Assembly (NCBI GenBank): GCA_034658935.1
Contig: JAYEGE010000001.1
Coordinates: forward strand, 46,295-110,294
Direction of reading: 5' to 3'
Origin: Patescibacteria group bacterium
Lineage (GTDB): Bacteria; Patescibacteriota; Minisyncoccia; Phycocordibacterales; JACOZG01
Length of the DNA stretch: 64,000 bases
The notes beneath the pieces are model-generated. The model saw only the letters and a program-made list of their open reading frames with translations. It searched no databases and was not told where the DNA came from. Position numbers and translations under genes: made by a program. Below are positions 41,335-52,054 of this stretch, one piece after another (the stretch's first letter is position 1; each line of letters starts with the position of its first letter).

Positions 41335-41859
41335 TTAAACTTTCTCATCTCTAAGTTGACTGGTAACAGAGAAGCGTGTGCTAATAGGTTGACCGAGGCT
41401 ATCGAGCCAAAGGGTATCAGCATCTTGATCAAAACGTTCATCGCCATTATTGCGATAGAGAGCGGCGTGGTAATATTGCCCAGCTACAGTAGTGGCATTG
41501 AGATCAACCGCGCCGGTACTAACCCGATCATCAAAAAAACCAACGCCCAAGATGCGACCTGGCCGACCCTCATCATCAGTGCGAATCGCCACCCAAGCAC
41601 CACCTGGTACCACCACGGAAGTGACATAAACTACCGAACCTGGTAATTGTTCAGCGACCACCAAAGTAGGGCTGGGAATACCGGTAGAGAGATTTTGTCT
41701 GGCGTCTAAGGGCGATACCGTTGCTAAATTATCAAAGTTGGAAGGCTCTCGTTCACGAACCACCAGCCAAACCGCCGCAATAATAATTACCGCCAAAAGA
41801 AAAACCACCCACCAAAGGACAAATTTCGATTTCGGTTGTGGTGGGTGATTATTCTCCAT
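41335..41859 (-). CDS. Membrane-anchored hypothetical protein
   Basis: N-terminal TM and beta-rich extracellular domain. Confidence 0.7.
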   Translation of the reverse strand: MENNHPPQPKSKFVLWWVVFLLAVIIIAAVWLVVREREPSNFDNLATVSPLDARQNLSTGIPSPTLVVAEQLPGSVVYVTSVVVPGGAWVAIRTDDEGRPGRILGVGFFDDRVSTGAVDLNATTVAGQYYHAALYRNNGDERFDQDADTLWLDSLGQPISTRFSVTSQLRDEKV

Positions 41860-41935
41860 AGGCTTATTGGCTAACGTTCCCCCTCATTGTAGCACCGGGA
41901 GGTAGCGACCAACAAGCGATTGTCAACAGTCAAGA

Positions 41936-42952
41936 CTAGGGCAACTGAAGAGCGGCCGCCGCATTACCATCCACGCTGATGATAACGGACTGGACGGTGG
42001 AAAATTGCTTCAAGGTCTCTGTAATCTGGGCACGGATCGATGCCGTCCGACAGACATCAGTGGCGCCATTATTTAGACCGGCGCTGAAATCAGCCCGGGC
42101 TACCCCATTATTGATCGTCAAGGAACTCAGTCCTACTCCCGCAGGCAAAGTGGTCACCAGGCCCGCGCTGATTTCTGTCGAATTAGGACCGGCTAATAGC
42201 TCTTTGAGAGCAGCTGTTCCCACCCTAACTGTCTGAGGCACCTCTCGCTCGCTGCTAACGACTTGCGAACAATTGACTCCTACGTCACTAGCTCGAGCAA
42301 GATAGGTCTTTAGTTTGATCATCCCGGGAGCTGGTGGAGTCGATAGACTCGTATCAATTGAGGCGTCTCCATCTACTACCCCTCCCGTATTATCTGTTAC
42401 CTCAGTGACTACCACCGAGGAAGCATCAGCGTCTACGTCACTCTCACCCGAAGTGTCCTCGTCTAAAATAATTGACTCGCTGTCTATCATGAAATCAACG
42501 TTGCCGAAACGAACTGGCAATTTAACAAACAGTTGATCTTCTCCTCTTTCCGGATTAGCAGGTTCAAAAATCAAATGGCCTGTGCCCGCTTCTGTCTCAC
42601 CAAAAAGCATAATGGTATCAAAAGGCACCATGGCTTCAGGGCCCATTTCATTGTCAGCTCCAAGGCTAGCGAGAACCAACGTCTCGCCAAGTACCTCGCC
42701 CTCCCCGTCGATAAGAGTTAAAGCAAATTGTCCCTCAAAGAACCAACTGCCTAGAGCCTGGCCCTCAACTGTCAGAGGACTCTCGATTACATCATCGGCT
42801 AGAGGTTGGCTAACGACCAACTCTGTAGTCTCATCTATACTGATCGCCTGATCGGCAAAATTATCGTTACCACCCAAGGAGCGTAGGCCCCAAATTGCTA
42901 GGATTATTACTACGACAGCAATAATCCATTTCCACACACTTGATTGATTCAT
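41936..42952 (-). CDS. Membrane-anchored Gmad2 Ig-like plus GerMN domain protein
   Basis: SPLTVEG.A.G.WFFEG; ELLAGP..QITETLKQF.TV..V.ISVDG. Confidence 0.8.
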   Translation of the reverse strand: MNQSSVWKWIIAVVVIILAIWGLRSLGGNDNFADQAISIDETTELVVSQPLADDVIESPLTVEGQALGSWFFEGQFALTLIDGEGEVLGETLVLASLGADNEMGPEAMVPFDTIMLFGETEAGTGHLIFEPANPERGEDQLFVKLPVRFGNVDFMIDSESIILDEDTSGESDVDADASSVVVTEVTDNTGGVVDGDASIDTSLSTPPAPGMIKLKTYLARASDVGVNCSQVVSSEREVPQTVRVGTAALKELLAGPNSTEISAGLVTTLPAGVGLSSLTINNGVARADFSAGLNNGATDVCRTASIRAQITETLKQFSTVQSVIISVDGNAAAALQLP

Positions 42953-43125
42953 ATTGTTCTGTTATCACCTTTTCTTAATAAAAGTCAAACCGAGGTTCCA
43001 GTCTGCCACCTATTTTAACATAAGTGGGTAAATAGTGGCCAGGAGTTACGAAATGTAGAATTTTTTCTGCTTATAATGCCCGAACGCCTTAGCGCTCGGA
43101 GGGAAAATCAAAGCCAGTAAATCAT

Positions 43126-44205
43126 CTAAACCAAGCCCGACACGATCACCGCGCCCAAGCCTAACATCACCACCCCGGCAAAGAGATGGAGTCTTCTTAT
43201 ATTTCTGTCCTTCCACTCAGTCGCATTTTGCACGGTTGCAAAACCTCCATACAACAAAAATGTTATCAGAAGTAGCGGCAATATGAAGAATAGATTATAG
43301 AGCAGAAGTGTCGGAATCGCCGCCATCCTTGTCATTTTTTCGGCCAGAAGACCAAGAATTACGATATAAGGTCCGCCCGTGCACGGCAGTTCAAACAAAG
43401 TAACCAAGAAACCGACAAAGAAAGCGCCTAAGGGGCTAGTTGTCTTATTCAGAATACTTTTTAATTTGGGACGCCATCTTTGAGGTATCTCCATTGCAAA
43501 ACCGCCACCGCCATACCAGAAATAATCTTTAAGATTAAGCAACCCAATAACGATCGCAGCCGCACCTACGATCTTATAAAACCAGAATGACAGTCCGGAT
43601 ATTCTTAGCGCTGAAAATAAACCCAATCCGAAAAGAAAGTAGGCGATATAAATAGAGAGGGTAAAAGCTAGCCCCGCTCGTACAGCCCTCTTCTTATCCC
43701 CCGCCGCCAATAGAGCAGAAAACAGGATTAACAACACGGCGATCGCGCATGGGTTAACCGAATCGACAACGGCCGCTCCAATAACAGTCAGGAGTGGCAG
43801 AGCCTTTATTGAGGTCGTCTCACCGGCAGAAACAATTGGGCACTCCGCCCCCCTATTATTAATCAGAGACAACTCCAACTCATTACCGATGGGTGTGTCC
43901 CCTAAGATATACTCCTCTCCAATAAAAAGTGCCGGCACCCCCCTATCTTCTGGTGGAATCCCATATTTATCAAAGAGATTATTGAACAACGCAGCATTAC
44001 TTCTGTTGAAATAAATCTCGAATCTTTGAATATCAATGTCACTATGATCGGCCTCGAAACTATCCAAAAAGGTTTTGGCAGCGGCACAATGAGGACAACC
44101 TGTACCATAAAAAAAATAGGCGCAGGTTTGTTCCTGGGCACCGACAACTGAGACAGCCGAGACAAAAAACAATAAGATTAATATACCAGCGAAAAGATAT
44201 TTCAT
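43126..44205 (-). CDS. Thioredoxin/glutaredoxin domain fused to a CcdA/DsbD-like membrane domain
   Basis: CPHC; DSVNPCA and ELPCTGG membrane cysteines. Confidence 0.85.
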   Translation of the reverse strand: MKYLFAGILILLFFVSAVSVVGAQEQTCAYFFYGTGCPHCAAAKTFLDSFEADHSDIDIQRFEIYFNRSNAALFNNLFDKYGIPPEDRGVPALFIGEEYILGDTPIGNELELSLINNRGAECPIVSAGETTSIKALPLLTVIGAAVVDSVNPCAIAVLLILFSALLAAGDKKRAVRAGLAFTLSIYIAYFLFGLGLFSALRISGLSFWFYKIVGAAAIVIGLLNLKDYFWYGGGGFAMEIPQRWRPKLKSILNKTTSPLGAFFVGFLVTLFELPCTGGPYIVILGLLAEKMTRMAAIPTLLLYNLFFILPLLLITFLLYGGFATVQNATEWKDRNIRRLHLFAGVVMLGLGAVIVSGLV

Positions 44206-44206
44206 G

Positions 44207-44482
44207 CTATTTAATTATTTTGATAGCCTTGCCCTCTATAAGCGCCTGAGCAATCTTATGCCGAGCCTGGCTGAGTATTCTATTTAGAGTGCTTTGTGAG
44301 ATACTCATTTCATTGGCGGCCTCAGTTTGATCAAGATTTTTGTAATCACAAAGCCTAATCGCTTCTAACTCGTCGGAGTCTAAGTCCACTTCCTCTAATT
44401 CAAACAGAGGGACCGCCCGCGGTTTGAAATATACCGCTTTGGGATCTAAGTTAATTCTACGAAATTTTCTAGGTCGCACCAT
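44207..44482 (-). CDS. DUF134 (UPF0251) HTH protein
   Basis: MVRPRKFRRI..YFKP..ELEAIRL.D..Q..AA..M.IS..AR.KIA.AL.EGK. Confidence 0.88.
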   Translation of the reverse strand: MVRPRKFRRINLDPKAVYFKPRAVPLFELEEVDLDSDELEAIRLCDYKNLDQTEAANEMSISQSTLNRILSQARHKIAQALIEGKAIKIIK

Positions 44483-44603
44483 AAGTTATTACTTTCTAAT
44501 ATTATAACAAGTTGCTCTTCCGGTAAATATCTTGTTCTAAAATCTGAAAAAGAAAGACCAGCCCGACTCTCCTTATAAGGAAAGCCGGGCGTCTGATCTC
44601 ATC

Positions 44604-44852
44604 TTATTTCTGGCCCTCGACTTCAGCGAGTCGTTCCTTGACCGCCTGCAGTTCGTTTTCTAACAACTTAGTCTCGTCTTTCAGCATCTCCGACTCTTCC
44701 TTCCTGGTTAAAAAACCCCTAGCGCCACAACCACGGCGGAATCCTAATCCACACCCGTATCCGCTAACACCTACTCCCGCCCCGCAATAACCAGCGCTTC
44801 TGCCAGTACGAGGACCTTGACCCATGGGGCCAGTACCGTCAAATCTAGGCAT
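44604..44852 (-). CDS. DUF5320 family protein
   Basis: MPRFDGTGPMGQGPRTGR..GYC, Gly-rich linker, C-terminal coiled coil. Confidence 0.88.
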   Translation of the reverse strand: MPRFDGTGPMGQGPRTGRSAGYCGAGVGVSGYGCGLGFRRGCGARGFLTRKEESEMLKDETKLLENELQAVKERLAEVEGQK

Positions 44853-44908
44853 ATTATTATAGATTTAATATTTCCAATAATCAGGTAAATCGACCATGCT
44901 CATTACCT

Positions 44909-44930
44909 GTTATGAGTATATACCCATAAC
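44909..44930. promoter_or_regulatory. Palindromic operator candidate upstream of DUF5320/DUF134
   Basis: GTTATGAGTATATACCCATAAC (one mismatched pair). Confidence 0.5.
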
Positions 44931-44939
44931 TATCCAAAG

Positions 44940-45044
44940 TCAAGCCCCTGTGGAAAAGTCAGTTTTAGGCCTTATCCTAGCCAAACCAATAACCTCGTAT
45001 TCCTTCCCCTTATAATGCTCGTATTTCCCTGTTTGTATTTTCAT
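44940..45044 (-). pseudogene. Truncated DUF1653 family gene
   Basis: MKIQTGKYEHYKGKEYEVIGLAR then loss of similarity (expected HSET..VVY missing). Confidence 0.65.
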
Positions 45045-45139
45045 ATCGTTTTGTATGCCGGCTCCGTCTTTCGAATCTCTCCGCCCCTGCGAACTGATGC
45101 CCCATAAAAACGGTCTCCACCCGTCTTTATGGAGCATTA

Positions 45140-45226
45140 CGGAGGCGGAGAGATTCGAACTCTCGAAGGTGATGAAACCTTACTCGCTTTCCAAGCGAGC
45201 GCACTAGACCACTATGCGACGCCTCC
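45140..45226 (-). tRNA. tRNA-Ser(GGA)
   Basis: GGAGGCG/CGCCTCC acceptor, CTCGC-TTGGAAA-GCGAG anticodon arm, long variable arm, GTTCGAATC. Confidence 0.95.
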
Positions 45227-45281
45227 TTGTATTAACTTCTTAAGAACTGCCTTCTTTTTATAACCCTTTTCGCCTCCTTTC

Positions 45282-46175
45282 TCAAGCCCGTCCGCGGAGG
45301 GCTCCTACTCGTTCTGCTACCGGCGGATGGGTCATGAAGAGTTTATGCATCCCTTTCTTGGCTTTAGCGCCGAAGGGGTTAGCGATGAAAAGATGCGCCG
45401 TAGCGTTAGAGGCTTTCTTCAGCCCACCACTATAACCAGAGATTTTTTCCAGAGCTGAGGCCAGCCCTTCTGGATAGCGAGTCAAGAGGGCACCTGAAGC
45501 ATCAGCCAGGAATTCTCTCTTCCGCGAGATAGCCAAACGAATAATAGTAGCGATGATTGGTGAAAGTATGGCCAAAGCAATACCGATTAGAAGAAGTACT
45601 CCCCCGCCCTTATTATCTCGGCTACGACCATGGCCGCCCCAGAACATTGAACGCAAAAAGATGTCGGAAATAATGGCGATAAGTCCAACCAGGACCACCA
45701 CCACCGTAGAAAGTAAAATATCCCGATTACCGATATGGGCTAGCTCGTGAGCAACCACTCCTTCAAGTTCAGAGCGCTCAAGCATATTTAAAAGTCCACT
45801 AGTCACCGCCACCGCCGCGTGCTCCTTGTCGCGCCCAGTAGCGAAAGCATTCGGCGCCGGATCATTAATTAAACAAACTCGCGGCTTAGGCAGCCCAGCA
45901 GTAATGGCCAGATTCTCCACCACTCGATGTAACTCTGGTTGCTCTTGCGCGCTCACTTCTCGCGCCCCCGACATCTTCAAAGCAATCTTGTCTGAATGCC
46001 AATAACTAACAAAATTCATTATTACACTCAAACCAACGGCGAGATAAAGAATAGCTGGATCACCGTAGATCTGGCTGAAGACCCAGCCAATAGCAATCAC
46101 CACCACTAGGAACACCGCCATCAGGAGCCAGGTCTTGCGGCTATTACCGTCTTGGTGAGTATAAAGTGTGGCCAT
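45282..46175 (-). CDS. htpX: Zinc metalloprotease HtpX
   Basis: PNAFATGR, HELAH, SRKREFLAD, THPP. Confidence 0.95.
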   Translation of the reverse strand: MATLYTHQDGNSRKTWLLMAVFLVVVIAIGWVFSQIYGDPAILYLAVGLSVIMNFVSYWHSDKIALKMSGAREVSAQEQPELHRVVENLAITAGLPKPRVCLINDPAPNAFATGRDKEHAAVAVTSGLLNMLERSELEGVVAHELAHIGNRDILLSTVVVVLVGLIAIISDIFLRSMFWGGHGRSRDNKGGGVLLLIGIALAILSPIIATIIRLAISRKREFLADASGALLTRYPEGLASALEKISGYSGGLKKASNATAHLFIANPFGAKAKKGMHKLFMTHPPVAERVGALRGRA

Positions 46176-46189
46176 AAAAATTATTGTAC

Positions 46190-48130
46190 TTAGCTCGCCC
46201 CGCCCCCGCCGCCTCCTCCACCGCCGCCAGCGCCACCACCCCCTCCCGAGGCACCGCCAGACGATGAGGAGAAGGCGCTAGCAAAACTAGAAGAGAGCGA
46301 GGCTGAAAAGGCACTGGCTGAAAATGCCCCAACCGTTCCGGCACTGACATGCCCACTAGAAACAGTTCCGCGATACCATCCCGGCGCTTGCATATGGAGA
46401 GACTCGAAGGCCTTACCCCATTTCTTCTCTACCCCAAAGATCATTGCGTAAGGCAGATACTTTTCAAACAATTCTGGAGTTAAGTTCTGGAGACGATACT
46501 TCTCTGCCGTCTTGAGATACAAAATAAAGCCCAGCCAATCTTGTTTCAATTTCACCCCCCTCGGAGAAAGCCGTGGATTATATTTGAACTGCCATAACCA
46601 AAGAAGAGAGGTGAGGACAGAAATGGCCAAGATCACTAACTTGACCGGACCGCCAAGCGCGCTCGCCAAACCTCCAAAAAACACCGCCGCCCAAACCAAA
46701 AGAAAAACAAGGGCGACAGCTGGGATATTCCAAGTCCGTAACGGCACTTCATAGGCCTGTGTATCTTGTGTGGTCTCTTTATATAACCTTTTCCTCAGGG
46801 CGAACATCTGGGAACGAAAACCTGAACTTGCCGATCGACTACGTTTTGATAGATCTTTAGTGCTCACAGTTTGCCTACCCCGGAAAAGCAAGGAGAGGAA
46901 TTCTTTTTCGTAATCTTCAAGGTCATCTGCGGTCGCTCCTGTCTTAGCCAAACGATATGTCCCCGCCTTACCTCCAAACCTGATAGCTATATTAAACATA
47001 ATCAGAAGGAGGAAGACGGGAGCCATGATAAACGGGACCAGAGAACCAAACGACGAGAATATTGAATCAGAGGCACTGCCCACAACCAGGAGCGCGAGGA
47101 AAATAATTATCAAGCCCCAAAAGATAGGCCGAGCATTCTTACTAAACCATTGCCACACCTTAGAGGCCGACATTTCCTCGACTTCAACGTGCCCTCGAAC
47201 CGCCAAATCTACCACCGTCGCCGCCCAGGCCCGATTACTCATCCGTTCCTTAACAATCAACTCAGCCATGGCCGGCTTCAGCTTCTCCGGCGGTTCATAC
47301 TCGGGCACGATTGTCCTAGAGCGCAGTGGCGCCCTTTCTAATTGATACCAGCGAATCAGACTATGGAGCGCGGTGACCAAAACGATTAATATCGACAGCA
47401 AATAGGCCCAATTATGCTGGAACCACCAGCGCCAAAACACCCCTCGATCGACCAAGCCACGCGGCCAACCGAAGGCAATCGTTACATCCTCCCCCGGCTG
47501 AGCTCCATAGAAATGAAACCGGGCAGTACGAAAATCTAAGATCTCATTACGAGACCTAGCCTGATTAGAATAGGCGTGAGTCGACAATTGGTTGGTGGTA
47601 AATCGATTGGCCGGCAAGAAAACTATTGCCGAAACCTCATTCACCGGCACCTTATAATCCGTGAACAAGTTCCAATAGAGCTCGTCCTTGTCGCTCAAGA
47701 AACTGAGGCCGCCATGGACGCGGTATTTAAGAACCCAATCGTGAGTAGTATTAGCTAAATTGTAGTACCACTCGATCACCACCGCCCCATCTTGGCGAAA
47801 AACGGTATATTTACCCCAACTGGAAGGATCGAGTTTATCAAGCTGCTCACTAGAATAAGCTAATGGTTTATTGCTCAAGCCATCGACTACGCTCAATACA
47901 TCGATATCACTAATCTTATTAAGCGGGATGTCTCGCCACCCCTGATGATAACTGCCCCGGAAACTATAAGTCTGCCGCTCAATTACATCGAAGGTTGTGT
48001 CCTCGTTAACGGTAATTTGATAATCAATTGCTGGGTAATGGTAACGGCGACCGCCTTGAGCGTCAGCAAGGCCGGGCCAAAGAATAAGCCCGACAACGAA
48101 AAACAAAGCAATTAAAGCGAGGCGGCGCAT
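46190..48130 (-). CDS. DUF2207 membrane protein
   Basis: Signal peptide, ELYWN, DLAVRG, LPYAMIFG, Gly/Ser tail; next to lemA. Confidence 0.88.
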   Translation of the reverse strand: MRRLALIALFFVVGLILWPGLADAQGGRRYHYPAIDYQITVNEDTTFDVIERQTYSFRGSYHQGWRDIPLNKISDIDVLSVVDGLSNKPLAYSSEQLDKLDPSSWGKYTVFRQDGAVVIEWYYNLANTTHDWVLKYRVHGGLSFLSDKDELYWNLFTDYKVPVNEVSAIVFLPANRFTTNQLSTHAYSNQARSRNEILDFRTARFHFYGAQPGEDVTIAFGWPRGLVDRGVFWRWWFQHNWAYLLSILIVLVTALHSLIRWYQLERAPLRSRTIVPEYEPPEKLKPAMAELIVKERMSNRAWAATVVDLAVRGHVEVEEMSASKVWQWFSKNARPIFWGLIIIFLALLVVGSASDSIFSSFGSLVPFIMAPVFLLLIMFNIAIRFGGKAGTYRLAKTGATADDLEDYEKEFLSLLFRGRQTVSTKDLSKRSRSASSGFRSQMFALRKRLYKETTQDTQAYEVPLRTWNIPAVALVFLLVWAAVFFGGLASALGGPVKLVILAISVLTSLLWLWQFKYNPRLSPRGVKLKQDWLGFILYLKTAEKYRLQNLTPELFEKYLPYAMIFGVEKKWGKAFESLHMQAPGWYRGTVSSGHVSAGTVGAFSASAFSASLSSSFASAFSSSSGGASGGGGGAGGGGGGGGGGAS

Positions 48131-48144
48131 TGTTCCTAAGGGAA

Positions 48145-48702
48145 CTAGAACTTCACTGCCACTGGTTCTTGGGCGGCAGAGTCTTCAGGAATATCGAAGA
48201 ACTCCTTCTTGGTGAAGCGGAAAATGCTGGCGATAATATTGGAAGGGAAACTCTGAGTCTTGATGTTTAAATCGCGAACATTACCATTGTAGAAGCGGCG
48301 AGCCGCCTGGATCTTGTTCTCAGTATCTGAGAGCTCGCGTTGGAGTTCTAAGAAATTCGTGTTGGCCTTCAGATCTGGGTAATTCTCCGCCAAAGCGAAG
48401 ATGCTCTTTAGAGTGCCAGAAAGCATATTTTCTGCCTCGGCCATCTTTTTAGGATCACCGCTCTGGTCAGCCGCCATCGCTTCAGTCCGCGCCTTAGTCA
48501 CTTTCTCAAAAGTACCAGACTCATGGCTGGCGTAACCTTTAACCGTATTTACTAAGTTAGGAATCAGGTCATAACGACGCTTAAGTTGGACTTCGATATC
48601 GGCCCAGGCCTCCTCAGCTCGCGTGCGCAACTTAACAAAACCATTGTAGGCAGCAATGGCCCAAATGACGATCACCGCTACGACTATCAAAATAATCCAC
48701 AT
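48145..48702 (-). CDS. lemA: LemA family protein
   Basis: QLKRRYDLIPNLV, ENYPDLKAN, TENKI..ARRFYN. Confidence 0.95.
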   Translation of the reverse strand: MWIILIVVAVIVIWAIAAYNGFVKLRTRAEEAWADIEVQLKRRYDLIPNLVNTVKGYASHESGTFEKVTKARTEAMAADQSGDPKKMAEAENMLSGTLKSIFALAENYPDLKANTNFLELQRELSDTENKIQAARRFYNGNVRDLNIKTQSFPSNIIASIFRFTKKEFFDIPEDSAAQEPVAVKF

Positions 48703-48781
48703 AATAAAATTAATTAGAGTTAATAAACGCCTCTATTTCTGCCCTCATTTTAGTATATTTTACTAAGGCCGGCAAACGATC

Positions 48782-49531
48782 CTATCGGGCAATGATGAAT
48801 CTGAAGGTAGAGAGAATTTGGTTGAATAAGTCGATTCTCGGGTCCCCCACATCCAATGATCCAATCGCCAACTGTCCAGAGTTTTGCCAATCACCAACAT
48901 TCCAATTCACCAAAATGAAACTTTGAAAGTCATCGCCGACAGTATAAGGTTGGGGGTCAAAGTACTTAATTACGTATTCACCCCCGGGGATTAACACTAC
49001 TCTCTCCTCAGTCAACTCCCAGGCCTCATGCCCAGTTTCTGGTATTAGTAAAGAAAGGGACATCGCTACTCCGCCCGCAAAATCGACAAATTCGAGGCGT
49101 TCCCCGACAGCCGCTTGCCCAGCCTCAATTTGCCACTCCTCCGGATACTTAAACTCAAACCCATACTCCTCATTGCGGTAGGTTTGCCACCCCTCGACTT
49201 CGCTCGGGGCAGGCCCGGCCAGTGGGTCAGAGGCGGGAGCAGGAGCTGGGGCCTCAGGAGTTTCAACATTATCAGAGGCTGGTGGCAAATCTTCGATAAG
49301 GCGATCCTGTGACTGCCAATACCACCACCCAGCAGCAACGACGAGGATAACGAGAACAATTGTGGTAATAAGAGCGCCATAAGAGTGGGGCGACTTAGGA
49401 GGTTTAATCGTTGGGGGCACTGGCGAGGCAGGAGGAGCTGGGGGCTTTGGTGGTACGGGCGGAACCGGAGGGACGGGGGGTGAAGTTGGAGCAGGATTAG
49501 GTATTGGATTTTGATTATCTTGTGGGGGCAT
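48782..49531 (-). CDS. Pro-rich membrane-anchored protein (PsbP-like extracellular domain)
   Basis: Pro-rich N-terminus, TM, WQTYRNEEYGFEFKYP, FNQILSTFRF. Confidence 0.75.
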   Translation of the reverse strand: MPPQDNQNPIPNPAPTSPPVPPVPPVPPKPPAPPASPVPPTIKPPKSPHSYGALITTIVLVILVVAAGWWYWQSQDRLIEDLPPASDNVETPEAPAPAPASDPLAGPAPSEVEGWQTYRNEEYGFEFKYPEEWQIEAGQAAVGERLEFVDFAGGVAMSLSLLIPETGHEAWELTEERVVLIPGGEYVIKYFDPQPYTVGDDFQSFILVNWNVGDWQNSGQLAIGSLDVGDPRIDLFNQILSTFRFIIAR

Positions 49532-49598
49532 GTTGATTAAATAAATTTAATAATAAAACTTTGTCTTTTCTTTATTCCTATATAATAACCCACACTGC

Positions 49599-49639
49599 AA
49601 TCAAAAACTATCCACCACTTCGGCGGATAGTTTTTGATT
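49599..49639 (-). terminator. groEL terminator
   Basis: AATCAAAAACTATCC..GGATAGTTTTTGATT inverted repeat. Confidence 0.75.
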
Positions 49640-49668
49640 TCAGTTTTTAGTTCTTGACTCCGACCAAA

Positions 49669-51345
49669 TTACATCATCCCGGGCATGCCTCCCATGCCGG
49701 GCATGCCACCGCCCATACCAGGAGCGCCGCCGGCTGGTTCATCATCCTTAGGCTCATCGGCCACCGCAACTTCAGTTGTTAGCAAAATGCCGGCAGCAGA
49801 AGCGGCGCGCTCGATGCCGGTCCGGGCCACCTTAACTGGGTCGATAATCCCTGCCTGGTACATATCAGATACGATGGCGTCAGCGTTGGCGTCATAACCA
49901 CCATTGCCCCGACTGTTCTTAATCTTATCTACGATCACTTCGCCATCATCCTTACCGACATTAACCGCAATCTGACGGAGCGGCGATTCAAGAGATTTAA
50001 GAAGCACCTTTACACCGACCTCAAACTCAGCGGCGATGTCAGCTGAAGAAGATTTGATATTTTTCTTGGCCACCGCGGCGCCGGCGCGGACCAAGGCAGT
50101 CCCGCCTCCGGTAACTATTCCCTCTTCAATCGCCGCTTTAGTGGCTTCAACCGCATCTTCAATCTTGAGCTTCTTGTATTTCATATCAGCCTCAGTAGAA
50201 GCGCCAACCTTAATAACGGCAACACCACCAGAGAGCTTACCTAAGCGCTCCTGTAATTTCTCTTTATCGTAACTAGAGTCAGTAGCTTCGATTTGCTGAC
50301 GGATTTGCCTGACCCGCTCTTCAATATCAACCTTCTTACCGGCACCGCCGACAATAGTAGTGTTGTCCTTAGTGGCTACCACCTTGCGAGCTTTACCCAA
50401 CATTTTCAGCTCAACGCCATCAAGCTTCAGGCCAACCTCTTCAGAAATCACCCGACCATTAGTCAAGATAGCGATATCTTCAAGCATCTCCTTACGTCGA
50501 TCACCAAAGCCAGGGGCTTTTATCGCCAGAGTATTGAAGGTGCCGCGGAGCTTATTAACCACCAAGGTAGCCAAGGCTTCACCCTCCACATCCTCAGCGA
50601 TAATCACTAGGTCCTTCTTACCACTCTGGGCCAACTTCTCGAGCAAAGGAACAATCTCTTTGACTGAGGAAATCTTCTTGTCAGTAATCAAAATTAATGA
50701 GTCATCATAGGCCGCCTCCATCCGCTCACTGTCGGTAATCATATAAGGAGAGGCAAAGCCTTTATCAAACTGCATCCCCTCCACCAACTCCGATTCGATG
50801 CCGAAGGACTGTGACTCCTCCACCGTCACCACTCCATCTCGGCCAACCTTATTGATTGCCTCGGCGATGATTTCACCAAACTCTTCTGACTCTGAAGAAA
50901 TAGAGGCGACTTGCTTGATTTCTTCCTTATTATTGATGGGCTTGGCCATGCCCCTGAGCGACTTAACCACTTCTTGAGCCGCCCTCTCAATGCCGAGCTT
51001 AACACCCATGGCATTAACGCCTAGAGTCGTCTTCTTAAAGCCCTCATTCACAATTGCCTGAGTGAGTACCACGGCAGTAGTGGTCCCATCACCAGCGGCA
51101 TCGTTAGTCTTAGAGGCCACGTCCTTAATAATCTCGGCACCCATATTTTCAATCTTGTCTTTGATTGAAATCTCCTTAGCAATGGAAACACCGTCATTAG
51201 TAATAGTCGGCGCGCCGAAACCTTTGTCGAGAATAACGTTGCGACCTTTTGGGCCAATGGTAATCCGGACGGCATCAGCCACCTGGTCAACACCTTTCTT
51301 TAATGATTGCCTAGCCTGATCTCCAAAAATAATTTGTTTACTCAT
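49669..51345 (-). CDS. groL: Chaperonin GroEL
   Basis: [22 protein letters not shown] tail. Confidence 0.99.
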   Translation of the reverse strand: MSKQIIFGDQARQSLKKGVDQVADAVRITIGPKGRNVILDKGFGAPTITNDGVSIAKEISIKDKIENMGAEIIKDVASKTNDAAGDGTTTAVVLTQAIVNEGFKKTTLGVNAMGVKLGIERAAQEVVKSLRGMAKPINNKEEIKQVASISSESEEFGEIIAEAINKVGRDGVVTVEESQSFGIESELVEGMQFDKGFASPYMITDSERMEAAYDDSLILITDKKISSVKEIVPLLEKLAQSGKKDLVIIAEDVEGEALATLVVNKLRGTFNTLAIKAPGFGDRRKEMLEDIAILTNGRVISEEVGLKLDGVELKMLGKARKVVATKDNTTIVGGAGKKVDIEERVRQIRQQIEATDSSYDKEKLQERLGKLSGGVAVIKVGASTEADMKYKKLKIEDAVEATKAAIEEGIVTGGGTALVRAGAAVAKKNIKSSSADIAAEFEVGVKVLLKSLESPLRQIAVNVGKDDGEVIVDKIKNSRGNGGYDANADAIVSDMYQAGIIDPVKVARTGIERAASAAGILLTTEVAVADEPKDDEPAGGAPGMGGGMPGMGGMPGMM

Positions 51346-51347
51346 AT

Positions 51348-51653
51348 TTATTCAATTATCGCCAAAATGTTCGACTCGCTGATTAAGTAATAAGTCTTGC
51401 CGTCAACCTCAACCTCATCTGGTCCATATTTAGAAAAAATAACTTTCTGTCCTTTCTTCACAAACATCGGAGCTAAGCCGCCCACATCAGTCCGCCGCCC
51501 CTCCCCCACGGCAACAACCCTACCGCGATCGGCCTTCTCCTTATCAACTGTGTCCGGTAATATAATCCCGCCCTCAGTCTTGCCCTCACCACTACCATCA
51601 GGCTGGACTAAAACTCGATCCCCCAGGGGTTTAATATTGATTCTACTACTCAT
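51348..51653 (-). CDS. groS: Co-chaperonin GroES
   Basis: IKPLGDRVLV, GGIILPDT, VVAVG.G. Confidence 0.98.
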   Translation of the reverse strand: MSSRINIKPLGDRVLVQPDGSGEGKTEGGIILPDTVDKEKADRGRVVAVGEGRRTDVGGLAPMFVKKGQKVIFSKYGPDEVEVDGKTYYLISESNILAIIE

Positions 51654-51765
51654 ATTAGTACAAGATTATTGATAATATTATTAATCGGAACCCATACTAC
51701 AACAAAAGACTCAGTAAAATCAATGACTTGCATTATTTCTACCCCCTGTTATACTAGTCTCAACG

Positions 51766-51999
51766 ATGGATATCCTAGCTAGTTTATTACCTTGGATACA
51801 AGTGGTTGTGTCGGTCTTGCTTGTAACGGCCGTCCTAATGCAACAAAGTGGAGCCGGCCTGGGCGGCGCCTTTGGCGGTGGAGGAGACGACGGTGGAGTA
51901 GCCTATGCTAAGCGCGGGGCAGAGAAGATCCTTTTCCATGCCACTATTGTTTTGGGTATTTTGTTTGCCCTATCCAGTATCCTTATCCTTTTCGTTTAA
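51766..51999 (+). CDS. secG: Preprotein translocase subunit SecG
   Basis: Two TMs around LMQQSGAGLGGAFGG..RGAEK.L. Confidence 0.92.
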   Translation: MDILASLLPWIQVVVSVLLVTAVLMQQSGAGLGGAFGGGGDDGGVAYAKRGAEKILFHATIVLGILFALSSILILFV

Positions 52000-52054
52000 T
52001 TTCTAGTTTCAGTTTATTTTAGCAATTAATTATATTGGTCTAATTTGACCGCCT

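Noticed and set aside
45045-45137. N-terminal extension of the 44940-45137 ORF
   Set aside because: Runs through the tRNA trailer hairpin; DUF1653 similarity starts at 45044
51654-51765. CIRCE element upstream of groES
   Set aside because: TTAGCACTC-N9-GAGTGCTAA is not present
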